In this document: positions 54,936-64,000 of the stretch, one piece after another | How the letters are laid out: each line of letters begins with the position of its first letter | Position numbering within the stretch: the first letter of the stretch is position 1 | Notes under the pieces: generated by a model | What the model saw: only the letters and a program-made list of their open reading frames with translations | Told to the model about the DNA's origin: nothing | Database searches by the model: none | Assembly (NCBI GenBank): GCA_050173015.1 | Contig: JBFXLE010000025.1 | Location: 1 to 64,000 of the forward strand | Length of the DNA: 64,000 bases | Source: Calditrichaceae bacterium | GTDB lineage: Bacteria; Calditrichota; Calditrichia; Calditrichales; JBFXGD01 | Reading direction: 5' to 3' | Position numbers and translations under genes: made by a program

Positions 54936-55930
54936 TTTTCTTCTCCAACAATCATCGCGTCGCCGCCAAGACCGGTTTCTATGACACGAAGAACTCCGGG
55001 ATTTTTCCGAATTTCGTCCCGCACCTGTCCCACATATTCTGGAAGACAAACGGCTTTAACCTGTGGCCCCGCGTCAATGGTAAAATACACAGGGAGGCCT
55101 TTTTTACGCAAATCTCTGATCATATGAATCAGATCAATAGTAGTGTTGTTCCAGTATATCAATCCCGGCTTCGCGGCCATTGCCAACGCGTGCATTTTAA
55201 GACAACTGTACTCAGTCAGTTCACCCAATGCTTCGAAATCGCGTCTTCGGATCGCATCACGCATTTCGGCCAGATCATTTTCCGAACTCTCAATCCATGC
55301 AGAATAATAAGGAGACGTATCGCGCGTTACAATCATTCCGTCCGTCGAACCTGTTTTTTTCTTTTCTTCTGAAGTAATCGCGATTATGAGGCGTAAATCC
55401 CAGAACTTCCGCATGGCAATTTGCTCAGCAACAGAATCTGAACCATCTGATTCCAGGCCTTTCTTCATCTCCACAAATCCGCCAAAGATCGATCTGGCGG
55501 CTGAGCCGGATCCAAGACGCGCCAGTTCCGAAAGCTGAACAGGTGTCAGATCAAGCCCCGCCGCGCTTGATCCAGCCAGCGCCAAACAGGCAAATCCGGA
55601 TGCGGAAGAGGCCAAACCCGCAGATGTCGGGAAATTATTCGCGCTGATTATTTCCGCGAAAAGCCCGGTATTGCTTCGTTTCCTTATGATATCCAGAAAA
55701 CGGCTGACTCTGCCGGTATCCGGAGCTGAGGCGGATTGACCATTCAGAACAAGGTGATCCTGAGACAATCCGGCTTTAAATTCGACAGAAGTTTCCGTAT
55801 ATAATTCATTCAACGTAATTGATATGGAACCAACTGCCGGAAGATTTAATCCAATATTTCTCTTTCCCCAATACTTTATCAGAGCGATATTCGAATTCGC
55901 CCGGGCTTTTACTCTCATATTATTTTTCAT
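54932..55930 (-). CDS. mvaD: Diphosphomevalonate decarboxylase
   Basis: NIALIKYWGK, NNFPTSAGLASSASG, ARLGSGSAARS, FTIDAGPQVK. Confidence 0.95.
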   Translation of the reverse strand: MKNNMRVKARANSNIALIKYWGKRNIGLNLPAVGSISITLNELYTETSVEFKAGLSQDHLVLNGQSASAPDTGRVSRFLDIIRKRSNTGLFAEIISANNFPTSAGLASSASGFACLALAGSSAAGLDLTPVQLSELARLGSGSAARSIFGGFVEMKKGLESDGSDSVAEQIAMRKFWDLRLIIAITSEEKKKTGSTDGMIVTRDTSPYYSAWIESSENDLAEMRDAIRRRDFEALGELTEYSCLKMHALAMAAKPGLIYWNNTTIDLIHMIRDLRKKGLPVYFTIDAGPQVKAVCLPEYVGQVRDEIRKNPGVLRVIETGLGGDAMIVGEEN

Positions 55931-56201
55931 ATCATTATGATTATCATAGCAAATATTTTTTTTGGTCCGGCGCGCAAAATAAACAACTTTCTTTAATTTA
56001 ATCGGTCTGACACATAAATTCTAATATTTTTATCGAAAAAACGGCAGAAAATCAATATTAATATCAGCAAACAGTCAGCAAGACCATCCAAATATTTTAT
56101 ACCGTATAAATATCTCTCAATTTTCTTGCACTGCAAGGTAGTTTGAATGTAAAATTGTGTTATTTATATCAATGCCGGATAATTGAGACAGGAGATCCTT
56201 T

Positions 56202-58169
56202 ATGGCACAAAATTTAGTGGAAAAAATCGCTCAGAAGTTTGCAGTCGGTCTTGATGAGGGACATGAAGTTCATAGCGGCGATTATCTTTCCATTCAGCCC
56301 GCTTATGTAATGACGCATGATAACACGGGCGCGGTAATTCCCAAATTTCAGTCTATAGGCGCGACAAAAATGACGAATCCAAGGCAGGTTGTTTTCGCAT
56401 TGGATCATAATGTTCAGGATACCAGCGAAAAGAATCTCGAAAAATACAAAAGGATTGAATCATTTGCCGCGGAAATGGGAGTTGATTTCTACCCGGCCGG
56501 CAGAGGAATTGGCCATCAGATCATGTGTGAGGAAGGATATGCCTTCCCGGGGACAATGGTTGTCGCGTCGGACAGCCATTCCAACATGTACGGCGGTCTG
56601 GGATGCCTCGGTACCCCCATTGTCAGAACGGATGCGGCCGCGATATGGGCGACCGGAAGAACCTGGTGGCAGGTACCGCCGGTAGCGCGGGTTGAACTCC
56701 GTGGCAAATTAAGAAAAGGAGTCACGGGAAAAGATGTTATAATTACTTTAGCCGGGTATTTTAATTTGGATGAAGTACTGAATCATGCCGTTGAATTCAC
56801 CGGTGAGGGTATCAGTGAATTGTCCATCGACCAGCGGCTTACCATTGCCAATATGACCACAGAATGGGGCGCGCTCGCGGGAATATTCCCGATTGATCAA
56901 ATTACAGTCAACTGGCTGAGCAATCGTGAAAAATTCATCGGAAAACGAGGCCTGGAAGGCGTATTATCTGACAAAGACGGAAAAGGCCGGCATCCGCGGA
57001 TAAACAACGAGCGGATAAAAGCTCTGCAAAATGACATGGTCACATCGGATCCCGAAGCTGTGTACAACAAAGAACTGACTCTTGACCTGGACACTGTCAG
57101 ACCGCATGTTTCCGGTCCGAACACCGTTAAAATCATGACATCCGTGGCGGAAATTCGCAAGCAGAAGATTCAAATTCACAAAGCCTATCTGGTTTCCTGT
57201 GTTAACAGCCGCCTGGAGGATATCGCGGAAGCGGCAGCCGTTGTCCGTGGTAAAAAAGTCGCCGATGGGGTTAAATTCTATATCGCGGCAGCATCGAGCG
57301 AGGTACAGGCTGAGAGTGAAAAACGCGGTGACTGGCAGGCTTTGCTGGATGCCGGCGCTATTCCCCTGCCACCGGGATGCGGTCCCTGCATCGGTCTCGG
57401 AACAGGTCTTCTCGAAGCAGGTGAAGTTGGTATATCAGCTACAAACCGTAATTTTAAAGGAAGGATGGGCTCCCCGGACGCGCAGGCATATCTTGCATCT
57501 CCCGCGATAGTTGCCACCTCAGCATTATCAGGTTTTATTGATATGCCTTTCAAATTTGAACCTGTGAAAACGATCGGAGAAATCATATCGCGCGCCAAGT
57601 CCTCCGGACAAGCTTCTAAAGTGAGAATTCTTGAGGGATTTCCGGAAAAAATGCAGGGGGAATTGTTATTCTGTCATCAGGATAACTTGAATACAGATGG
57701 CATATATCCCGGGAAATACACCTACATGGATGATATAACTCCGGAACAACAGGCAAAAGTTGTGATGGAAAATTACGACCCGGAATTCGGAAACTTAGTC
57801 AAAAAGGGAGATATTCTGGTCGGCGGATTTAATTTCGGAACAGGAAGTTCGCGCGAGCAAGCTGCCACGGCATTGAAATACCGCGGGTTACAACTCGTTT
57901 TATCAGGATCATTCAGCGAAACTTATAAACGGAATGCAATCAATAACGGCTTTCTCGTGATTGAAGCTCCGGAGCTTGTAAAAGATCTCAAGGAACGCTT
58001 CGGAAAGAAAAAACTGACCGTCCGCACGGGCATTGTGGCTGAGATTGATTTTAGAAATTCGATACTCAAGACATCAGAAAAACATTACGAAATGAGTCCG
58101 GTCGGAGCTGCCGCTCAGGAACTGGTGCTGGACGAAGGCCTCGAGAACTGGGTAAAAAAACATATTTGA
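56202..58169 (+). CDS. lysF: Single-chain homoaconitase (fungal Lys4/LysF-like)
   Basis: QNLVEKIAQ...[62 protein letters not shown]; fused swivel domain [15 protein letters not shown]...GTGSSRE. Confidence 0.88.
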   Translation: MAQNLVEKIAQKFAVGLDEGHEVHSGDYLSIQPAYVMTHDNTGAVIPKFQSIGATKMTNPRQVVFALDHNVQDTSEKNLEKYKRIESFAAEMGVDFYPAGRGIGHQIMCEEGYAFPGTMVVASDSHSNMYGGLGCLGTPIVRTDAAAIWATGRTWWQVPPVARVELRGKLRKGVTGKDVIITLAGYFNLDEVLNHAVEFTGEGISELSIDQRLTIANMTTEWGALAGIFPIDQITVNWLSNREKFIGKRGLEGVLSDKDGKGRHPRINNERIKALQNDMVTSDPEAVYNKELTLDLDTVRPHVSGPNTVKIMTSVAEIRKQKIQIHKAYLVSCVNSRLEDIAEAAAVVRGKKVADGVKFYIAAASSEVQAESEKRGDWQALLDAGAIPLPPGCGPCIGLGTGLLEAGEVGISATNRNFKGRMGSPDAQAYLASPAIVATSALSGFIDMPFKFEPVKTIGEIISRAKSSGQASKVRILEGFPEKMQGELLFCHQDNLNTDGIYPGKYTYMDDITPEQQAKVVMENYDPEFGNLVKKGDILVGGFNFGTGSSREQAATALKYRGLQLVLSGSFSETYKRNAINNGFLVIEAPELVKDLKERFGKKKLTVRTGIVAEIDFRNSILKTSEKHYEMSPVGAAAQELVLDEGLENWVKKHI

Positions 58170-58212
58170 AAAAAAGGGGAAATCTGTTGCCGGATTTCCC
58201 CTTTTCTGTTTT
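58170..58212. terminator. Bidirectional intrinsic terminator
   Basis: AAAAGGGGAAATCTG-TTGC-CGGATTTCCCCTTTT, A- and T-flanked, between convergent lysF and the RND gene. Confidence 0.88.
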
Positions 58213-58222
58213 TGCAATATAC

Positions 58223-61200
58223 CTATTGCGGTATATCTATTTCTACGGCGGTTTTTCCAATTTGTTTCCTGGTAATCACCCCGCCTATCAGTCTTTTAAA
58301 ATAATTACGCAAATCATCAAATATTGTATAAGCCCACGGCACAGCGATCAATGATACAAATGTTGAGAACATGAGCCCGCCTATAATTGTTCTTCCCATC
58401 GGGGCGTAAGCGATTCCAATCATCTTGGCATTTCCTACTGCCATTGGTATAATTCCTCCAATGGTGGTAAAAGCAGTCATCAGAATCGGCCGGAATCTTT
58501 TTTGTCCGGCTTCGATCAGAGCATCATACCGGTTATGCCCCTCTTTTCTCATGCGGTTTACCAAATCAATCAGAACAATTGAATTATTTACAACGATCCC
58601 TATCAAAATAATGAAACCGATCCGACTCATTAAATCTACGGTAGTATCCGTTATAAACAACAACCAGTACGCCCCCACAAACGAGAACGGTATAGCAATA
58701 ATTACAGATAAAGGCAGCACAAATGATTCAAAAAGGATGCCCATCAGCAGGAAAACAAAGGTTATTGATAAAATCACCGCGAAGCCCTGGCTTTGATTGC
58801 CTTCTTCCATACGTCTGAATCTCTGTCCTTTGCTCCAGGAATAACCATAAGGCATCAGGAATCCCACCATCGCCTGATCCACCTTAGCGTACATAGAACT
58901 CATGTCTTGCTCTGTCGTATTTGCTTTAATACTTAGGTAAGTTTTCCCGTTTTCCCGCCTGATATCACCAAAACCTTTTTTAACCGAAAATTTGGCCAAC
59001 GCATCCAGAGGAATTTCTTTTCCATTTTTTGTAAAAAATGTTATATTTTTTAGCTGCTGCAGCGTCTCCCGGTCTTTCTCGCGCAGTTGAATGGTCATCG
59101 TGATCTCTTTTTCTTCGGTCTGAAATTTTGGCAGTTGAATGCCGCGTAGCGCATACATAACCGTCCCCGAAACCGTTCTTGGATTAATGCCGTATTTCTG
59201 CGCCTGTTCACGATTAATTATCACCATAATCTCATCTTCGCCTTTTTCATGATCCGTTTCGACGCTGAGAATTTCAGGAATATTTTGTAAACGTCTTTCG
59301 ACTTCTTTTGAAAGTTCGGCGAGTTTATTAGTATCATCCCCATAAAGACTGATCGCGATGGAGGCGTCATCACCACCTTCCTGTCTCCAGGTTGTTCTGA
59401 TTTTTACACCGGGTAGATCAGGAATACGTTTTTTGACATCTTCAAGAACGAGATCACGGCTCATATACTGTGAATTGTGCAAACCAAGAATTTTTGTAGC
59501 CCCCTCCCACACGGCATCATACCAACTTAACTGAGGTTCCGGCTCAAGAAACACCCTGATTCGGGCAAAATTTGTCCTGTACCCGGCATCAATGGTGCGA
59601 ACACGATAAATATCCGCCTTTGAACGGACCGTATCTTCCACTAATTTAACGATTCTGGATGCATCATCGAGGGTGTAATTATCCGGCAGATCCATCATTA
59701 TCCGGAAGTCATTGATATTACCCTCCATATTGTCCGTACTGGCAACATTCTGCATAGCAAAGTTGGTGGAAAACAGAATGGCTATTAATATCACAAAGGT
59801 TTCGAGACGGTGATTAAGACTCCATGTCAGCAGAGTGTTATATACTTTATTGGATTTTGTAATAATCGCCGGTTCGACCACTTTCTTCTTACTCACTATT
59901 TTATTTGCCGCCAGAGGTATGAAAACCATCGCGACAAATAGAGAAGCAAGAAGAGAGAAAATAACAGGCAATCCGATACGCAGCATATAAAACTGAAATC
60001 CTATACTGTCATTCATCAAAATCAACGGCAAAAACACAACAATTGTTGTAAAAGTTGCCATTGTAATCGCCAGTGATACTTCACTCGTTCCATAGGCTGC
60101 CGCATCCCGGTCATTCATCCCTTCGGCGCGTTTACGATATATATTTTCAAGAACCACGATTGAATTATCCACAACCATACCGATGGAAATCATCAAACCA
60201 ACCATTGTGATGATATTCAAAGTCCATCCTATGAAATAGAGAACGGTAAGACTTACAAGAATAGACAGCGGAATCGCCAGATTTAATATGAACGTCATTC
60301 GAAATCTTCTCAGGAAAAAAAACAACACCAGAAACGCGAAAGCGCCGCCCCAGATGCCCGCGTTTTTTAGATTTTCGATGGACTCCGAAATATATTCACC
60401 CTGATTGAAAAGCACCTCAATTTTAAAATCCGCGAGTCTTGGATCTTTTGAAAACTCGTTTTCAAATTTTTCCTTTACCGTATTGCAGAGCTCGACGGTA
60501 TTACCCATCGCCTCCTTAAATACACCTAATTGAACGGCCGGTTTTCCATCATGTCTCTGCACCCATCGTCGTTCCGGAACATCATACTTAACTTCAGCGA
60601 TATCCTTTAGTAAAATATTAGTGCCTTTTATAGGCAGATTTCGTATATCATCCAGTGTGCGAAACTTCCCCACCGACCGTACAAATATTTTTTGACCTCC
60701 TGATTGTACGTCTCCCGATGATATGGCGAAATTATCCTGTCTTAGTTTTTCAATCACTTCATAGAGATTGATTTTATAACTTTTTACGGCATCCTGATTA
60801 ATCTGGATTTGAATCGACTTCTCATCCGCGCCCCATATTTCAATATTCGCCACTCCGTCAATCTGTTCCAGCGGCTTTTTTATCAGATTTTCAGTCAGAT
60901 AATACGCGTCTTCTACCTCTCCCTTTTGTACAAGCGCGATCCACATGATCGGATCATCATCATCAGACCATTTTCGCAGATAGTATCTTTCCACATCATC
61001 AGGCAATTCCGGTTTGACGCGATCCATCCGATCCCGTAACTGGCTGTATGCAAGATCCATGTCGGTGCTTTGATTAAATTGAATAAAAGTCCAGCACCCG
61101 TCGGCCCGGCTGTTTGTAGTGACGGTTTTTACATCTTTAATCGTCCTGATCACTTCTTCGATAGGCCTGGCAATTAATTGCTCAATTTCTTCGGGATTGG

Positions 61201-61387
61201 CATTCGGATATGGCGTCCATACTCCCAAAAACGGAGGAGAAAAGCCCGCGGGGAACAGCTCCACTGAAATTTGTTTGTATGCTATCATACCGACCACCAG
61301 CAATGCCAGAAGACTCATCAAAACCGTTACGGGCCTTGTGAGCGCAAGTCTGGGCATCAGGCTTATCTTTTTATTTTCATCTGACAT
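58223..61387 (-). CDS. RND efflux permease (AcrB/SwrC-like)
   Basis: RPVTV, YPNANPEEIE, GMVVDNSIVVLENI, VVNNSIVLID, RFRPILMT; 1054 aa. Confidence 0.95.
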   Translation of the reverse strand: MSDENKKISLMPRLALTRPVTVLMSLLALLVVGMIAYKQISVELFPAGFSPPFLGVWTPYPNANPEEIEQLIARPIEEVIRTIKDVKTVTTNSRADGCWTFIQFNQSTDMDLAYSQLRDRMDRVKPELPDDVERYYLRKWSDDDDPIMWIALVQKGEVEDAYYLTENLIKKPLEQIDGVANIEIWGADEKSIQIQINQDAVKSYKINLYEVIEKLRQDNFAISSGDVQSGGQKIFVRSVGKFRTLDDIRNLPIKGTNILLKDIAEVKYDVPERRWVQRHDGKPAVQLGVFKEAMGNTVELCNTVKEKFENEFSKDPRLADFKIEVLFNQGEYISESIENLKNAGIWGGAFAFLVLFFFLRRFRMTFILNLAIPLSILVSLTVLYFIGWTLNIITMVGLMISIGMVVDNSIVVLENIYRKRAEGMNDRDAAAYGTSEVSLAITMATFTTIVVFLPLILMNDSIGFQFYMLRIGLPVIFSLLASLFVAMVFIPLAANKIVSKKKVVEPAIITKSNKVYNTLLTWSLNHRLETFVILIAILFSTNFAMQNVASTDNMEGNINDFRIMMDLPDNYTLDDASRIVKLVEDTVRSKADIYRVRTIDAGYRTNFARIRVFLEPEPQLSWYDAVWEGATKILGLHNSQYMSRDLVLEDVKKRIPDLPGVKIRTTWRQEGGDDASIAISLYGDDTNKLAELSKEVERRLQNIPEILSVETDHEKGEDEIMVIINREQAQKYGINPRTVSGTVMYALRGIQLPKFQTEEKEITMTIQLREKDRETLQQLKNITFFTKNGKEIPLDALAKFSVKKGFGDIRRENGKTYLSIKANTTEQDMSSMYAKVDQAMVGFLMPYGYSWSKGQRFRRMEEGNQSQGFAVILSITFVFLLMGILFESFVLPLSVIIAIPFSFVGAYWLLFITDTTVDLMSRIGFIILIGIVVNNSIVLIDLVNRMRKEGHNRYDALIEAGQKRFRPILMTAFTTIGGIIPMAVGNAKMIGIAYAPMGRTIIGGLMFSTFVSLIAVPWAYTIFDDLRNYFKRLIGGVITRKQIGKTAVEIDIPQ

Positions 61388-61429
61388 AAATTTTCCCCAC
61401 TACTGTTCCTGAGTTCATATTACAGAACA

Positions 61430-64000
61430 TTATTTTCTCGTAAAAATGCTGTAAACCACCGGGATAACCACCAGTGTAAGCACTGTTGAAGTTATAAGTC
61501 CCACAATGACTGTCACCGCCATTGGCGTCCTGATTTCAGCGCCATCTCCAAGACCGATAGCCATGGGCAATAATCCGAGCACGGTTGTAGATGTGGTCAT
61601 AAGAATCGGACGTAAACGAATTTTTCCTCCCTCAACAATCGCTTCGATCTTTGACAGCCCTGATTCACGTAAGTGGTTAATGTAATCAACCAGCACGATG
61701 GCATTATTGACAACAATCCCGGCCAACATGATTATACCTAGAAAAACTACAATACTCAGCGGAATATTCAGAATATATAAAAAAAGAATCACACCGATAA
61801 GCGCCAGGGGAATCGAAAAGATAATCACAAAGGGATGAATGAGTGATTCGAACTGTGATGCCATCACAATATAAACCAGAAATATCGCTAACCCGAGAGC
61901 CATCATAAGACTGTTAAGCGATGTTTCCATTTCCTTATTCTGGCCGGCAATTTCATACGTGAAATCATTGGGAATATTCAGCCGCCGGATTTCGCGGTAT
62001 ATCGCCTGACTGATTGATTTAAGATTGCTGCCCGGCGCGATATTCGCGGTGATAACAGCTGTTCTCTGCTGATCTATTCTCCTGATCTCAGATGGTCCCT
62101 CATTGATGCGTATATCCGCGACGGCCTGAAGCGGAATGGGTTTTGGACTGCCAGGATTGATAATCAAACGCTTCAGGTCATCAATACTTTCCTTGTCCTC
62201 CTCACGAAGCCGGACAAGAATATCAATTTTCCTGTCTTCGTCCTTAAATTCCGTCGCCACATCACCACGGACCTTGTTACGGACGATAGACGCCACATCT
62301 ATCACGTTTAATCCGTAGCGCGCCAGTATTTTCCGGTCGTAATAAATTTGAACTTCCGGATTGCCTCGCTGCAGACTGGCTTTTGCATCCACGAGACCCG
62401 GAATTTCAGACATACTTCTTTCCAAATCACCGCTTAATCTCTGTAAGGCCGAAATATTATACCCCTGCAAATGAACTTCAACGGGGGTTTTAAAACTGAA
62501 AATCGCGGGACGGGCAATATTCGATTCAAGTCCTGAATATTCCTTTAAATTTTCCCGGATTATTTTAATTACTCTTTCCTCGGCTGCGACTATATTTCTA
62601 ACCGGCTCAAGGATGACTGTAATTCTTGCTGTATGCTCCCCCTCTTCTGTTGATGTGGTGGCCGTTTTATCCGCTCCGGCCACAGAGGAAACCTGGCTGA
62701 CACCCTCAATCTCTTTTATCCGTTCTTCAATGGGGCGAATCCTTTCATCGGTTTTTTCTACCGGGGTACCGATGGGGAAAGTTAATTCCACAAAAAATTC
62801 TCCCTGGTGCACTTCCGGAATCAATTCACTCCCAAGACGCGGGCCGATGACAAAGAGCGTAAGAACAAACAAAACAATGACAAAGCCGGCGATAGTGTAA
62901 CTGTTATCCAGCGAACGCCTTAGTATATTTGGGTATCCCTTTTCAACGAAAGCGTAGCTGATATCAAACAGATAAATAATGAACCGGGTCGGTGGAGTCA
63001 GGACTATCCTTCCTGCGAGATAAAGCAAATAGAATAAAAGACCTGCCAGTAATAAAACGGCATGGCTGATCCTGAACATGATCTCGAATAATGCCGCGAT
63101 AAAGTATTTAAATATATAAAATACTGTTTTCAAAATGCCTGTGAACAGAGAAATAATTTTTTTCCAAAGAGGTTTATCATAAAAAAGAGTTTTCATCCTC
63201 TCGAAATCCGTGTAAATCTGCTGGACAGAATTAAAGACAACATAATTTTCCCAGATTTCATCTATAAATCCCAATGCGGCCCAGTTATTTTTCAATGAAA
63301 GATCTTTTACAAAATCTCCATATTTCAGATCTTTTTTAAATAATTTTATCACCCCTGCTGCCGGCTGAAGTATGACGAGAAAAATGAGCACAATTTGTTT
63401 TATCGTAGAAATGATCACTGCCGCCAGAACTTTTAGAGTTTTAATTCCCCAGATCAAAACAGATTCTAAAATGAGCTTAAAAAATTCAGGTATCCTTGAG
63501 ACGACAGGCGTGGTATTCGCGTCAGCAAACAGATTATCAACTTTTTCACGGGTAGAAAAATTGAGTACATATTGTCTGGGCACTCTGTTGACATCTGTAT
63601 CTTGTAAAAAGGCTTCACTCCTCCGGGACGAAAGCATAGGGATCAAAAATAACGCGACAGCTAGTGACGCGAGAAGAGAAAACACGACAACCAGCGCCAT
63701 ATCGCCAAAAATCTGACCGGCAACCCCTTCCACAAATACAATCGGGAAAAACACCGCTATGGTAGTAAGCGTGGAGGCTGTTACCGCCCCGCCAACCTCT
63801 TTCACCCCTCTGATCGTCGCGTGAATGAGTTCATCCCCTTCTTCCCGGCATCTGGCGATACTTTCAAGAACCACGATGGAATTATCAACCAGCATTCCGA
63901 TACCCAGCGCCAGACCGCCAAGAGACATTATGTTTAGTGAAACATTAAATATCTTCATCGGAGCAAATGTGGCAATAATGGATATGGGGATGGACAGACC
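61430..64000 (-). CDS. Second RND efflux permease, 5' end beyond the window, with a long internal insertion
   Basis: Frame stays open upstream of the track's Met (GLSIPISIIATFAPMK...); GMLVDNSIVVLE, VVNNAIVLVD, RLRPILMT. Confidence 0.93.
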   Translation of the reverse strand, partial: GLSIPISIIATFAPMKIFNVSLNIMSLGGLALGIGMLVDNSIVVLESIARCREEGDELIHATIRGVKEVGGAVTASTLTTIAVFFPIVFVEGVAGQIFGDMALVVVFSLLASLAVALFLIPMLSSRRSEAFLQDTDVNRVPRQYVLNFSTREKVDNLFADANTTPVVSRIPEFFKLILESVLIWGIKTLKVLAAVIISTIKQIVLIFLVILQPAAGVIKLFKKDLKYGDFVKDLSLKNNWAALGFIDEIWENYVVFNSVQQIYTDFERMKTLFYDKPLWKKIISLFTGILKTVFYIFKYFIAALFEIMFRISHAVLLLAGLLFYLLYLAGRIVLTPPTRFIIYLFDISYAFVEKGYPNILRRSLDNSYTIAGFVIVLFVLTLFVIGPRLGSELIPEVHQGEFFVELTFPIGTPVEKTDERIRPIEERIKEIEGVSQVSSVAGADKTATTSTEEGEHTARITVILEPVRNIVAAEERVIKIIRENLKEYSGLESNIARPAIFSFKTPVEVHLQGYNISALQRLSGDLERSMSEIPGLVDAKASLQRGNPEVQIYYDRKILARYGLNVIDVASIVRNKVRGDVATEFKDEDRKIDILVRLREEDKESIDDLKRLIINPGSPKPIPLQAVADIRINEGPSEIRRIDQQRTAVITANIAPGSNLKSISQAIYREIRRLNIPNDFTYEIAGQNKEMETSLNSLMMALGLAIFLVYIVMASQFESLIHPFVIIFSIPLALIGVILFLYILNIPLSIVVFLGIIMLAGIVVNNAIVLVDYINHLRESGLSKIEAIVEGGKIRLRPILMTTSTTVLGLLPMAIGLGDGAEIRTPMAVTVIVGLITSTVLTLVVIPVVYSIFTRK

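Noticed and set aside
54936-55049. Arg/Ser-rich N-terminal extension of the phosphomevalonate kinase
   Set aside because: It overlaps mvaD in another frame; a TTGA-coupled start at 54935 with an SD fits the family N-terminus.
1-64000. tRNA, rRNA, transposase, integrase, prophage or defence genes
   Set aside because: None recognised; nearly all long ORFs have housekeeping, signalling or envelope assignments, and the remaining gaps are short and AT-rich.

Overview
Ordinary chromosomal window with no tRNA, rRNA, CRISPR array or mobile element that I can support. Gene content (Por/T9SS-like C-terminal sorting tails, PorV-like barrel, Tat-lipoprotein HiPIP, single-chain fungal-type homoaconitase, mevalonate operon) suggests an FCB-related Gram-negative lineage such as Calditrichota; this is inference. 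From left to right: a truncated lipoprotein; an 11-unit 21-bp tandem array; an octaheme cytochrome c with a secretion-type C-terminal tail, divergent from an OmpR-type two-component pair; nitrilase; BBE-like FAD oxidase; HiPIP; DUF1848; rpoN-hslVU-argF-GNAT-wzx; a GT4; a multi-PAS hybrid kinase; a sigma54-driven tandem-PDZ/sensor kinase/NtrC-like module with a visible -24/-12 promoter and tandem enhancer palindromes, divergent from parvulin; a tightly coupled five-gene operon (receiver, degenerate Cache-PAS-GAF kinase, 1941-aa TIGR03790/Ig-repeat secreted protein, FlgD-Ig protein, PorV-like barrel/Ig/OmpA-like protein); a Cph1/Rcp1-type PAS signalling triplet; dacB; HU; YjbQ; DUF89; DUF2231; a POT transporter; DUF1330; a mevalonate operon with an HMG-CoA reductase-mevalonate kinase fusion; homoaconitase; and two tandem RND permeases. 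The best candidates for undescribed systems are the sorting-tail octaheme cytochrome, the five-gene surface-protein operon with its pseudokinase, and the PDZ-sigma54 module. All family calls come from motif recognition by eye; no searches were run.
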